A stretch of 64,000 nucleotides of DNA from Bacillota bacterium (lineage in GTDB: Bacteria; Bacillota; JAAYKD01), in the NCBI GenBank assembly GCA_036744005.1, contig DAINOJ010000013.1, positions 10 to 64,009 of the forward strand. The letters are read 5' to 3'. The position numbers and the translations under genes were made by a program. The notes under the pieces are model-generated. The model did no database searches. It was not told the origin of the DNA and worked only from the letters and a program-made list of their open reading frames with translations. Below, piece after piece: positions 37,037 through 47,412 of the stretch; the stretch's first letter is position 1, and every line of letters begins with the position of its first letter.

Positions 37037-38080
37037 ATGCAAACCATTAATGTTCGGAGAAAGCCGCGTGGGAAAGGAGAAATATTGGTTAAGGAAGGGC
37101 AAAAGGTATCTTTTTTTGATACGATTGCGACCATTGATTACCTACCGGGTAGATTAGTTCGTTGTGACGTTTCCTTCGAACTAGGATGTGAGCCGCGAAA
37201 TGTAAATCAATATGTTTCTCTTAAATCTGGCGAGTGGGTAGAACAAGGCACTGTATTGGTGACATACGATCGCTTTTTTACAAAACGAGTTGTAGTAAGC
37301 CCCATATCTGGCTTTTACGTTTTTACTTCTAAAGTTCTGGGGTATATCTTTATACGGGAACCCATTTTGCTAGATCCAGATAAACAAAAAAGTAGTATGA
37401 AGAAAGCCTTCGAGCAATCTGAACATAATCAAAATATGACGAAGCAAGAAGATAAGGATACAGTTCCGAATTTTGGTATTGGAAACATAATCTATGACAA
37501 TTACCTAAAGCATACGCAAAATGCTGCTTTGGAAAACCTTGAGAAAGCAAAACCCAAAAATGAAGCTGGCCAGTTTAAAGCCGGGTTCTCTGGTGTCGTT
37601 CGTACCATTGAGCAGCAGAATGAAATCGTTATAACCTCCAAAGGATATCGATTCCAAGGTGTCCTAGGATTTGGTCAGCAGAACTTTGGCAAACTGACTT
37701 TCCTTGAGTCTTATAGCGAAGAACTGCAAGAATCGGAGGTCCCCGAAAACCTTATCGAAACCATAATTGTTATCCGAGGAAGACCCTCTTTACGAGCTTT
37801 ACAAAAAATAGAGCGACAGGGAGGGGTAGGCCTTGTTTGTGGGAGTATTCCTCTTAGTGTGTTACAAGACTTTTGCCCCAAAGAACCATTGTTGCATTTA
37901 GGTCATCAAATGCCAATCACTATGACGCTGGTCACAATGCAGAAATTCGGAGAAACGATGTCTCAAGAGCAATATGCTGAACTGAAAACATTAGAAGGAA
38001 CATGGTGTCTTATTGATGGCAATACACAATTGAGAGCAGGGTGCAAAAGGCCGGAAATATTGGTACCGATCCATACTTAG
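37037..38080 (+). CDS. hypothetical protein with barrel-sandwich-hybrid-like repeats, GlmL-associated type
   Basis: GEILVKEGQKV...D and LKSGEWVEQGTVL...SPISG repeats; RBS GGGAGG before ATG 37037. Confidence 0.6.
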   Translation: MQTINVRRKPRGKGEILVKEGQKVSFFDTIATIDYLPGRLVRCDVSFELGCEPRNVNQYVSLKSGEWVEQGTVLVTYDRFFTKRVVVSPISGFYVFTSKVLGYIFIREPILLDPDKQKSSMKKAFEQSEHNQNMTKQEDKDTVPNFGIGNIIYDNYLKHTQNAALENLEKAKPKNEAGQFKAGFSGVVRTIEQQNEIVITSKGYRFQGVLGFGQQNFGKLTFLESYSEELQESEVPENLIETIIVIRGRPSLRALQKIERQGGVGLVCGSIPLSVLQDFCPKEPLLHLGHQMPITMTLVTMQKFGETMSQEQYAELKTLEGTWCLIDGNTQLRAGCKRPEILVPIHT

Positions 38081-38090
38081 GAGGTGGACC

Positions 38091-38969
38091 ATGATTCAGA
38101 AATCAAAGATCGATGTAGCAAAAATCAGTGAAGACCTTTTGGCAAGTTGGAAGCCAATCTTGGATCATTTACGTTTGTATTATCAAAAGGAGATCAGCGA
38201 TGCGTCGTTTTGTGGGGTTGTCGCCTTTATGGGAATCCATCTTTCTCTTTGGCCGCAGTGGGTTAAGTTCGGTGGTAGTCTCATCAACGCGGATCAGCAG
38301 ACCTTTGATACGAATGAGGTCATTGCGGGTGATTGCCCTTGGCTTTGTTTGAATCTGACTTATGGAAAGAATACTCTTTTATCTCATGTACAAACCGAGG
38401 GAGTCTGTCTGGATCGAGAGCATATGAAGACTTTCTTAAAACCAGCGTTCTCACACATGTTTCGTTCTCTCAATGAGCAAGGTGTAATGATTCAGTATGA
38501 TCTGGCGGTAAATGAGTTAGTAAAAATGGGGTACACCGATTATGATGTTTTGGCTTTCACCGTGGATTCGGATAAAGGGTTACCGGAAACCTCACAATTT
38601 GTGAAAAAGCAAAAACCATCGACAAAAAAGATACCTGTTGTTTCTTTCGACTTCCTAGATACTCAGCGAGATACTTGGCTTCGTTTGACTAAGCAAACCG
38701 GTGAAGTTTTGTCATCCATATCAAAATCATTTTCTGAGAATGCTTGGATTGATGAGGATGTGAAAGGTGTTTATTCGCAAGTAGCTGCTTTACTGTGGAG
38801 AAAACTTATTCTAGCTGAAGTCATTAATCCCGCTGGCGATACACATGCTGGATTCAGACGATGGATGAAGCCGAAACAAGATTCATACAGGGGCAATCTA
38901 TTGATCTATGGAGATCATGAGGTGTTTTGGCAAAATTACTGCCGCGATTTTTTGACAGATGGAAGGTGA
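38091..38969 (+). CDS. hypothetical protein
   Basis: 292-aa ORF with RBS GGAGGTG, tightly coupled between its neighbours. Confidence 0.7.
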   Translation: MIQKSKIDVAKISEDLLASWKPILDHLRLYYQKEISDASFCGVVAFMGIHLSLWPQWVKFGGSLINADQQTFDTNEVIAGDCPWLCLNLTYGKNTLLSHVQTEGVCLDREHMKTFLKPAFSHMFRSLNEQGVMIQYDLAVNELVKMGYTDYDVLAFTVDSDKGLPETSQFVKKQKPSTKKIPVVSFDFLDTQRDTWLRLTKQTGEVLSSISKSFSENAWIDEDVKGVYSQVAALLWRKLILAEVINPAGDTHAGFRRWMKPKQDSYRGNLLIYGDHEVFWQNYCRDFLTDGR

Positions 38970-38975
38970 GCCATT

Positions 38976-40664
38976 TTGATAACGAATTACATCATTGTTA
39001 CAGATGTGGGGAGTACTACCACAAAAGCTCGTTTACTCACTCTTGTAGAGAATCAATGGCACATTACTGGGAAAGTAGAAACGCCTACTACAGTGGAAGC
39101 TCCAGAAGAAAATGTTATGATTGGTGTTCTAAAGAGTATTGAATTACTGGAAGACGTTTGCGAAATTCCATTGCTTCAGGAGAATCGAAGCCATTTGCTG
39201 CCCAATATTCAAGTCCTTTCCACCAGTTCAGCAGGTGGTGGTTTGCAAATGGTGGTCTGTGGTCAGGTGAGTCATATCTCGGCTAAGAGTGCCCAGAGAG
39301 CGGCCTTGGGTGGAGGTGCGATCTTACTCGATACCTTTTCCCCAGACGATCACATGACTTTGCAACAACGAATCGATCGACTAGAAACGCTTCGTCCCGA
39401 TATGATTCTATTGTCGGGTGGCATAGAAGGGGCAGAACCCGGCAATTTTCTCATTGAGATGTGTGATTTTATTCGTGAAGCGAATCCCAAACCCAAATTT
39501 GGTTATCATTATAGGTTACCTATTATATATGCAGGAACTTCGCAGGGAATCGATTTGGTGACAGATCTTCTTAAAGAAAATTTTAAGGTGACCATCACAG
39601 AGAATCTGCGTCCGGATTTTCATATGGAAAACCTTACACCTACTCGAAATGCGATTCAAAATCTATTTGTGGAGCATGTGATGTCGCAAGCACCCGGATA
39701 TGCCATGTTGCGTGATCTCGTCTCGTACGAAGTACTACCGACTCCAGTTGCAGTGGGGGAGATCCTCAAAGCATTTTCAACAACAAAGAAAGCAAACATT
39801 ATTGCCGTTGATATAGGTGGAGCTACCACAGACGTGTTTACTGTGGTGAATGGAGAATATACCCGATCAGTCAGTGCAAATTATGGTATGAGCTATAGCA
39901 TCGCCAATGTTGCTGTAAATTCAGGTTGGGATCGTATTGCAGCATGGTTACCACCAGAGGCGCACATCACTTTGCAACAGATGATGGAACAAGTTGGTAA
40001 CAAGCTGTTATTTCCAACGACCATTCCGGAAAACGATAACGAGTTATGGGTTGAACAAGCTTTGGCGCGTGAAGCTTTAAGGCTGTCATTTTTGGATCAT
40101 TTAGAGATCGCCAAATTACAAACGCCAACGCAAGGGTTTTTCAGTAATCTGAGTAAAAACCAGATCAGGGAAATTCATATCTCCGATTTTCAAGTAATCA
40201 TAGGTTCTGGTGGTGTGTTGTCCAATGCTCCAAAGCAGGAGCAGGCAGCTATGATGTTGATTGACTCTTTGCTCCCTCAAGGGATTGTAGAGTTGTTACT
40301 AGATAATCGTTTTGTGATACCTCACCTTGGCGTATTTTCAAAATATAATCAGCAAGCAGCTCTGGACCTATTACAACGAGAAGGACTGATTCGGTTAGGT
40401 ACACTGTTAGCCCCATTAGGCAGAGGAACGCTAGACACTCCTGCTTTCCAAATCAGAGTCGAAAGCGAAGACGGCAGGCAGATGAGTGAAACGGTCAACT
40501 GGGGAGATGTAAAAACGGTTCCTCTTGCTTTTGATGAATTGGTTCAACTGCATATTTCACCAATGAATGGTGCAAGGTGGCCTTATCCTACTTTCGTAAA
40601 GATTCAAGGCGGTGTCTGTGGCATCATTATGGATGCTCGTGGTCGCCCAGAATTACTTCGGTAA
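38976..40664 (+). CDS. GlmL/MutL (glutamate mutase L)-like ASKHA ATPase
   Basis: TDVGSTTTKA, CSSAxGG-like STSSAGGGL, AALGGGA, PTPVAV, VDIGGATTDV, IIGSGG. Confidence 0.8.
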   Translation: MITNYIIVTDVGSTTTKARLLTLVENQWHITGKVETPTTVEAPEENVMIGVLKSIELLEDVCEIPLLQENRSHLLPNIQVLSTSSAGGGLQMVVCGQVSHISAKSAQRAALGGGAILLDTFSPDDHMTLQQRIDRLETLRPDMILLSGGIEGAEPGNFLIEMCDFIREANPKPKFGYHYRLPIIYAGTSQGIDLVTDLLKENFKVTITENLRPDFHMENLTPTRNAIQNLFVEHVMSQAPGYAMLRDLVSYEVLPTPVAVGEILKAFSTTKKANIIAVDIGGATTDVFTVVNGEYTRSVSANYGMSYSIANVAVNSGWDRIAAWLPPEAHITLQQMMEQVGNKLLFPTTIPENDNELWVEQALAREALRLSFLDHLEIAKLQTPTQGFFSNLSKNQIREIHISDFQVIIGSGGVLSNAPKQEQAAMMLIDSLLPQGIVELLLDNRFVIPHLGVFSKYNQQAALDLLQREGLIRLGTLLAPLGRGTLDTPAFQIRVESEDGRQMSETVNWGDVKTVPLAFDELVQLHISPMNGARWPYPTFVKIQGGVCGIIMDARGRPELLR

Positions 40665-40752
40665 ACCAAAATCATTCCTATGATAAGTAGACAATTAGTT
40701 GCATTTGTTTTCTCTAATGCAGCACTCTATATAGATGAGAGGTGGGTAAGCA

Positions 40753-41985
40753 ATGAACGATGATGCTCAGAAGGCGAATCATAACAATATATGGAGAAAC
40801 AAAGGTCTCTTAATCTACCTTTCGGGAAATCTGTTGTCCACTTTAGGAAATTCCATTGCAGGTCTGGCGATCATGTGGTTATTGCAAGAAACGACGGGAT
40901 CAACCTCAAGGGCAGGGTTAACTTATTTAGCCAGCTACCTTCCTACTTATTTGTTATTGCCATTTGCAGGGAGTATTCTGGACCATTTTAGTCGTAAAAG
41001 AGTTATGCAATGCGCACAATTAATAAATGCGGCATCTACTGCCTTATTAGGCTATTATTTGCTGAACCATGGGGCCAATTCTTATTTGCTTGCCGGTTAC
41101 TTTTTTCTTTCTTCGGCAACAAATGCGTTTTATATGCCAGCTTCAGAAGCGATAATTCCTAATATCGTTGAGAAGGACTTGCTTACACAAGCCAATGCCA
41201 TGAAACAGAGCTTTTTAAGTGCCGGTACCCTTTTTGGGCCTACGCTGTCCGCTTTGATGTTAGCCAAAACCAATTACATGTACAGTTATGTGTTTTTTTT
41301 ACAGGCAATTCTTTATGTTTGTTCTTGTTTATCTCTTATTGCTGTTCCTGCAAAAGAAGAATACTTAAGCAAACAGAAAGTTGAAAAGCCATATCAGCTT
41401 AAAAATATTGTAGAAGCCCTGAAATATATTAAATTGCATCCAGTAATCATACAATTAATGTTCATATTTTCGTTTGCAAACTTTATGGGGGCGGCCAAAA
41501 ACTTGCTCATGCCTTTTTATGTGTCAGAGCGTTTGGGTGGAGTGGGGGATTTCGCAGCGATGGCGACAGCAGCCAGTGCGACAGGACTGATTGTATCCAT
41601 TTTGATCACCTTCATTAAGAAGATCGATCGTGTGGGAATCGTTTTGATTAGCAGTTGTCTGGTGATGACCTCTTCGCAGATGTTCCTCGGGTTGAGTTCT
41701 TACCTGCCATTGTCCATGTTCCTATTCGCAATTGGTTTAGTGGGTGGAATGATTAGCGGTATGTGTTCATCGGTTATCTACCAAAGAGAAGTAGATGATG
41801 ATATGCGTGGAAGGGTTTATTCGTTCCGAACCATGTTGTCGAGCGCTTTGAATCCCTTGGGCACGGTCATTGCTGGATTTGCTGGAGATGTTCTACCAGC
41901 ATGGGTAGTGATTAGTTTGTTTGGTGCATTGGCTTCACTGATTACGATGAGTGGATATTTTATGAAATCGTTACGCTCAAGTTGA
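40753..41985 (+). CDS. MFS transporter (macrolide efflux/DHA3-like)
   Basis: About 12 hydrophobic segments, GSILDHFSRKRVM, MRGRVYS. Confidence 0.9.
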   Translation: MNDDAQKANHNNIWRNKGLLIYLSGNLLSTLGNSIAGLAIMWLLQETTGSTSRAGLTYLASYLPTYLLLPFAGSILDHFSRKRVMQCAQLINAASTALLGYYLLNHGANSYLLAGYFFLSSATNAFYMPASEAIIPNIVEKDLLTQANAMKQSFLSAGTLFGPTLSALMLAKTNYMYSYVFFLQAILYVCSCLSLIAVPAKEEYLSKQKVEKPYQLKNIVEALKYIKLHPVIIQLMFIFSFANFMGAAKNLLMPFYVSERLGGVGDFAAMATAASATGLIVSILITFIKKIDRVGIVLISSCLVMTSSQMFLGLSSYLPLSMFLFAIGLVGGMISGMCSSVIYQREVDDDMRGRVYSFRTMLSSALNPLGTVIAGFAGDVLPAWVVISLFGALASLITMSGYFMKSLRSS

Positions 41986-42095
41986 AAACTAAAGATTAAT
42001 AGGTTCTTGTAAAGAGTGAAGGAGCGCATAAGTGCGAGTTTCTTATTTCAAAGAAGGCTTTGCATTCACTATCGTGTTGGAGAACTTAAAAGAGA

Positions 42096-42130
42096 AACGA
42101 CTCGGGAGAGATTCCGGGTCGTTCTTCTCA
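42096..42130. terminator. terminator-like hairpin
   Basis: AACGACTCGGGA-gaga-TTCCGGGTCGTT. Confidence 0.5.
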
Positions 42131-42440
42131 TAGGTAGAATTTTCACAAATTGCTAAAATGTAAAGGAAATAAAGAATCAATGGTGGAAATATGGAAAATG
42201 TCTCAATGGAGGTATTTTGCGAAGGGCGTGTAATCATGGCTTATATTTGTGGCCAATGCGTTTTCGTGTAGTGGAAGCAAAGAAGTATTAAACTCATTGT
42301 AGGACACCGATTACTGTAATTTCGAGGACGAAAGTAAACTGATAATAAGTGATTTTGTCAAACAAGCGGAGCTTTTGACAGTCAAAGCTCAGATTCAGAA
42401 TTCAAATTCGATAGAAGAGCAGATTAGAGGTGGAAATGGA

Positions 42441-43862
42441 ATGAAACCATGTACAAAGAAAAGGACGCAAATAAGAAAATCAGCCTATTTGTCTATTGCC
42501 TTCTTCTTAGTAGCGCTAACTCTAGTAGGGTGTCAGCAACCTAGTATCATGCCCGGTTCTGCTAATACTCCACCCGGAAGCGAAGCGAAAAACAATATTC
42601 TTATACAAGCGGTGGAAGCGGAACCAGATGAACTTGTTGCACCCGCTATCTTAGTAGAGAAGACGGGGTACACAAAGTATGGCTATATTAATACGAAAGG
42701 TCAGTGGGTCATCGCTCCTCAGTATACGAACGCCAGTGCTTTTTCAGAAGGATATGCCGTGGTAATAAAACCCTCTGTAGATTTTAAAGTCTTAACATAT
42801 TGTATCATTGATAAGTCAGGTGCAATCGTTGCAGAACTTCCTAAAGGTGTTGAACCAGAAGGCTACTCGTTAGGTTATTATGAAAGTTCTTCCAATAGAA
42901 CAGCTTACTTTGAGTGTATTCCTAGACCCTTGCATATATCGGACGGTTTATTTAAGGTTAAGAACAGCGACCGAGACCCAAATGTTGGAACCAAATTCGG
43001 ATTTGCAAATATAAAGGGTGAAGTTGTTGCGGTACCTCAGTATGATGAAGTACTAGATTTTTGCAATGGATTAGCTGCGGTAAGAACGGACCAGTGTTGG
43101 AGTTATATTGACAAACAAGGGAAGATTGTCATACCAGGTCCTTTTACTTATGCAGCGAACTTCAGTGAAGGACTTGCCAGTGTAAGTTGGGAAAGTAAAT
43201 TTCATTCTGAGAAATCGGCCAAGACTATTGCTGTCATTCAAACAGGTTTCATAGACACTACCGGAAAAATCGTCATCTCCGGGCAAGGCAACTGGATTTA
43301 TCCTGAGTTTTCTGGCCCGCATCTGCAATGGATGGGGTTGTCATGGGATAAGGGAGGTAATTTTTTCGAAGGTGGAATGACTATGGTCAGTTACACATTT
43401 CCCAGAGGAGACTTTCCAACCAAGCAGGCGAATGTAATTGCTACCTTGGACCAACAAGGCAGTGTGCTCTGGATGAGTGACCTAGACCAATACTATAGCG
43501 AAATGGATTCACGAGCCTATTTTAACTCGGGTATCACGTGCGTTTTGAGCAAGAAAACTAACGAAGAAGTCTTTATTGATTCTTCTGGCAATATTATCCC
43601 TGTTGCCTTGGAGAATTGGAGTTTTTACTTACCTTATTCTGAAGGGTTGGCAGTTGTAAAGGATGAAAAGGATGGTCTATATAAATATATCAATTCGTCA
43701 GGAAAGGTCATTACCCAAGGGTACAAAAATGCTCATTCATTCATCAATGGATATGCATTTGTTAGAACTTCTGATAATATCGATCTCATCATAGACAGTA
43801 CTGGTGCTGTAGTCATAAAAGCAAATGACCAGCTCATTCCTATCGCTCCATTCACAAAATAA
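42441..43862 (+). CDS. WG-repeat lipoprotein
   Basis: Lipobox LVGC; repeats YGYINTKGQWVIAPQY..ASAFSEGYA, FGFANIKG, WSYIDKQG...FSEGLA. Confidence 0.9.
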   Translation: MKPCTKKRTQIRKSAYLSIAFFLVALTLVGCQQPSIMPGSANTPPGSEAKNNILIQAVEAEPDELVAPAILVEKTGYTKYGYINTKGQWVIAPQYTNASAFSEGYAVVIKPSVDFKVLTYCIIDKSGAIVAELPKGVEPEGYSLGYYESSSNRTAYFECIPRPLHISDGLFKVKNSDRDPNVGTKFGFANIKGEVVAVPQYDEVLDFCNGLAAVRTDQCWSYIDKQGKIVIPGPFTYAANFSEGLASVSWESKFHSEKSAKTIAVIQTGFIDTTGKIVISGQGNWIYPEFSGPHLQWMGLSWDKGGNFFEGGMTMVSYTFPRGDFPTKQANVIATLDQQGSVLWMSDLDQYYSEMDSRAYFNSGITCVLSKKTNEEVFIDSSGNIIPVALENWSFYLPYSEGLAVVKDEKDGLYKYINSSGKVITQGYKNAHSFINGYAFVRTSDNIDLIIDSTGAVVIKANDQLIPIAPFTK

Positions 43863-43941
43863 CGGACACAAGTAGTAACCTCGGTTCAATTTATTGATTA
43901 CTTCCTGCAGTGCCAAAGCCATAATAACAGAGGTTGTCTCC

Positions 43942-44235
43942 ATGCAAATTTATAAAAACCCCAACTGCAAAAGAGTGAGAGGAAGTCACTTGTTGGAAGT
44001 CACTTGTGCATATTGTAAGGGCTTTATTGCTCTCTACCAAAAAGTGGGAGATAGCAATTTCGTTAAGATGTACAATGACCGAATCATAGAGGGGTCTATT
44101 GATTTCTCCCAGTATCACGGTGCTTTGTTTTGCCCTTCTTGTGGTAAGCAAATCGCCACCCGATATATCACAAAAATGGATAAGAAAGAAGCATATCGGT
44201 TTATACCATCGACATTTAATAGAAAGAAGGTGTAG
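43942..44235 (+). CDS. small zinc-binding hypothetical protein
   Basis: CAYC and CPSC motifs; RBS GAGG before ATG 43942. Confidence 0.7.
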   Translation: MQIYKNPNCKRVRGSHLLEVTCAYCKGFIALYQKVGDSNFVKMYNDRIIEGSIDFSQYHGALFCPSCGKQIATRYITKMDKKEAYRFIPSTFNRKKV

Positions 44236-44237
44236 GG

Positions 44238-45338
44238 GTGTTTTCGTCATTGATGAACAGGTTCCATTGGTTCAACACAGAGAGCGTTGACAAAACCATT
44301 TCGCCAAAGGAGCAATATCAGTGTCTTTCCCAGTGGGCGGCCAAAGCTAGAAGTGTCAATCCACGTGCTTTCGATGAATGGATTCTGTGGTTACGTTCTG
44401 ATACAGAATGGGAGTCTAGCCATTTGGACAGCAATACCTCCACCTTGCGCGAAGTCCTTTCTCGTTTTCTGGAACAGAACAATGTTCTAATCCATTATTT
44501 GAAAGAGCTGGAGCCCTTTGGGGTGGTGAATACAGTGGTGTTTCGTGCCATTGAGCGGTTTAATCGAGAGCTCCAAGGAGAAACGCATCCGGAGCATTTA
44601 CAGCAAGTCGTGAAGCAAGTTTTTGCTAATTTTTCGTTGCTCGGTCAAGAGAAGACTCGTTTGCAGTTCGCTGGGAATGCTACCGGGCCAAGTGGCACCA
44701 ATTCCATCGATTTTTACGGGTATTTCAATGCTCTTAAGGACGCCGATGCAGAAGTACAGTGGGCTCTGTTCATGCCCAATAAGGTTCAACGTCAGCTGCA
44801 GGGGTTTTCTTTGCAGCAATTCGAGTATAAAATAATGCCTGCCATGCGGTTTTTGGGTAGAAATCTCAGTGCGCTACAAAATGAAGACGATATTCGTGAG
44901 GTATTTACCACGTTGGACTCCTTACAAGGGTGTATATCGGAGTTCCCTTACGATATATTGTTCATGCATCATCAGGGGCTTGGCGTCGATGTGGGCCCGT
45001 GGCAAGGGCTTTGGGGGAGATTCATGAAGCCCAATACCTTAGTTCCCGAGGGTTTTCAGCATATCGATTTTGAACCGGAGCACAATGGAAAAGCCGGTAT
45101 GCCATACTTATCTCATTATGCATATGCTACCTTTACTGGAGATATAAAAGCCATGCATCAGCGTGAAGGGTTCGATAGCGATGCGATGTACGATGTCACG
45201 AGGAATATGATGCTCGGGCAAAATGTGCTCATCCCTTATCCCGATAAGTATTGGACAGCAGAAGTCTTTTTACATGGGTATACAAAACCGAGTACCGCCT
45301 ACTTGTTCAGCGCAGATTTAACCACCGGGTTGCGTTAG
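44238..45338 (+). CDS. hypothetical protein, possible GyrI-like effector-binding C-terminal domain
   Basis: 366-aa ORF; PAMRFLG...PEGF..ID...YATFTG pattern. Confidence 0.55.
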   Translation: MFSSLMNRFHWFNTESVDKTISPKEQYQCLSQWAAKARSVNPRAFDEWILWLRSDTEWESSHLDSNTSTLREVLSRFLEQNNVLIHYLKELEPFGVVNTVVFRAIERFNRELQGETHPEHLQQVVKQVFANFSLLGQEKTRLQFAGNATGPSGTNSIDFYGYFNALKDADAEVQWALFMPNKVQRQLQGFSLQQFEYKIMPAMRFLGRNLSALQNEDDIREVFTTLDSLQGCISEFPYDILFMHHQGLGVDVGPWQGLWGRFMKPNTLVPEGFQHIDFEPEHNGKAGMPYLSHYAYATFTGDIKAMHQREGFDSDAMYDVTRNMMLGQNVLIPYPDKYWTAEVFLHGYTKPSTAYLFSADLTTGLR

Positions 45339-45402
45339 GTTATTATTTCATGATGCGTTTGGATGGAGTCCTAGTATAATTTACAGAAAGGTGGGAATGG
45401 GT

Positions 45403-45666
45403 ATGGGTGAGTTAGCAAAACTAACCAACATTGCAGCCAAGCTGGAGCAGCAACTTATGGAGGTGGGAATTACCACCGAAGCAGAACTAAGAAATGTAGG
45501 AAGTATGGAAGCGTGGTTGCGCATACGAGCAAAGGATCCATCTGCCTGAATCATGCGACTTTCTGCCTTGGAAGGTGCATTGGTAGGGGTGCGTTGGCAC
45601 GATTTGAATTTGGAAACTAAGAAGTCACTAAAGGAGTTTTATACACAACACAAGGGAAACAAGTGA
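45403..45666 (+). pseudogene. TfoX C-terminal-domain protein with in-frame TGA (nonsense allele or selenocysteine)
   Basis: MGELAKLTNIAAKLEQQLMEVGITT...AWLRIRAKDPSA*IMRLSALEGAL...LKEFY; TGA at 45547-45549; frame otherwise intact. Confidence 0.8.
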
Positions 45667-45714
45667 TTATTTTAAGCGGAATCAAGCAAATTAGTAGAGA
45701 GAAAGCGAGAAAAC

Positions 45715-46227
45715 ATGATTTTAGAAACCGAAAGACTGTTCTTACGTGAACTCCAACAGAGCGATTATTCTGCTTTGGCAGCAATTCTGCAGGACGAAGA
45801 GACCATGATTGCCTACGAAGGAGCATTCTCCAATGACGATGTGCAAAACTGGCTCGATCGGCAGCGAAAGAGGTACCAAGATCATGGTTATGGTCTATGG
45901 GCGGTCATCCTAAAAGAGACCGGACAAATGATTGGTCAGTGTGGTCTTAGTTTGCAAGATGCCAACGGCAAAGAAGTTCTGGAGATTGGGTATTTGTTCA
46001 ATCGTGCCTTTTGGCATAAAGGATATGCTATCGAAGCTGCCATGGCTTGTAAAAAATATGCGTTTACAAAACTGCATGCCAATGAGGTGTTCTCCATTAT
46101 TCGAGACACCAACAAAGCGTCGCAAAACGTTGCGCTCCGAAATGGTATGACCATTGTTGAGCACTTTGTCAAACATTATCGGGGAGTCGATATGCCGCAC
46201 TTACTGTTTTCGGTGAAGTCTGTGTAA
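45715..46227 (+). CDS. GNAT N-acetyltransferase, RimJ/RimL family
   Basis: LETERLFLREL, IGQCGL, EIGYLF..AFWHKGYAIEAA, NKASQNVALRNGM. Confidence 0.93.
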   Translation: MILETERLFLRELQQSDYSALAAILQDEETMIAYEGAFSNDDVQNWLDRQRKRYQDHGYGLWAVILKETGQMIGQCGLSLQDANGKEVLEIGYLFNRAFWHKGYAIEAAMACKKYAFTKLHANEVFSIIRDTNKASQNVALRNGMTIVEHFVKHYRGVDMPHLLFSVKSV

Positions 46228-46312
46228 AACAGCGTTGAGTATCCTCGTATTCAAAGAGAACATTGCCATTATGTTGGAATAAAAAAGTTGAGACTTTTTT
46301 AAAAGTCGTTTT

Positions 46313-47239
46313 TTGCTTTCGCATGCTGAAGGGAGAAGCGATATCGTACACGAATACAGCTACTGCGTATTACAAAATTCTTCAAGTTATCTGGGGGGCG
46401 AGCTTTGTGTTGTGGCTGAACAGTGTGAAAATAAAAAAATCACTCTTCTGTTTCTTGGTGTGGTCTTGGTTGCAACGGTCTTGGCAGCTATTTCTCAAAA
46501 CTATTTTGTGGTCAAAATCTATGAAACCATGGATGAACAAAGAAGAACCCTTGTTGAGAACAATATGTTGCTGCTCATGGAAACTACCGACCGAATGTAC
46601 CAATTAATTGAACGACCGATCGAAGAAAAATCACAGAGTATTTTACTTTGAAACGATTAAAGCATTAACCAATGCCGAAGAAGAGAAAGATGCATATACA
46701 AGAGGCCATTGTGAAAGGGTCATGCATTATTCTTGCAAATGGGGGATGCTCTTCATTTACCGGAAAAAGACATGGATACCTTGCGTTTTGGGTCAATCCT
46801 TCATGATATTGGGAGAATTGGGATACCGGAAAACATTCTGAACAAAGAAGGACGACTTACAACAGAAGAGTTTTCTATGATCAAACAGCACCCCAATATG
46901 GGATTTCGCATTTTAAATGATTTAACATTCATGCGTGACAGTGTTAAAATTGTTCATGAGCATCATGAATGGTACAACGGCGACGGCTATCCCAATAAAA
47001 AATCCGCTGAGAAAATTAATTTATTAGCAAGAATCGTCTGTATTGCCGACGCTTTCGATGCCATGACAACGCAAAGACCGTACAGAAAAACAACGCTGAC
47101 ACAGGAGGAAGCCATTGCAGAGTTGCGTGTTAAAAGTGGTACACAATTTGACCCGCACTTGGTCGAGATATTTGTCTCCGCTTTGCAAAAAATCGCACAA
47201 GAAGATTTAAATAGAATAGTAATCAGACTGGTGTGCTAA
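46313..47239 (+). pseudogene. membrane-anchored HD-GYP phosphodiesterase, frameshifted
   Basis: Three overlapping frames: TM segment; FETIKAL..EEKDAYTRGHCERV; LHDIGRIG...HHEWYNGDGYP...ADAFDAM. 1-nt deletion at TCTTGCAA; 5' end uncertain. Confidence 0.75.
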
Positions 47240-47302
47240 AGGTTCCATACCTTAACGGGCGTGGGACCTTTTTGTTGTGAACTCACTGGGTTCACAACAA
47301 AA
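47238..47302. terminator. two adjacent hairpins
   Basis: AAAGGTTCCAT/GTGGGACCTTT and TTTTGTTGTGAAC/GTTCACAACAAAA (47270-47302). Confidence 0.55.
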
Positions 47303-47343
47303 GACTCGCGCAGGCTAGATACTAATCCATCCTTGATCGATAC

Positions 47344-47396
47344 AATGTTTATTATAATTGACAAATAACCACGATTAGTTTATAATAGTAAACATT
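47344..47396 (+). promoter_or_regulatory. consensus promoter of the hipBA-like operon with flanking inverted repeat
   Basis: TTGACA 47358-47363, 17 nt, TATAAT 47381-47386; AATGTTTATTA (47344) and TAGTAAACATT (47386) form an 11-bp IR with one mismatch. Confidence 0.8.
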
Positions 47397-47412
47397 AAAG
47401 GGGGAGTAATCA

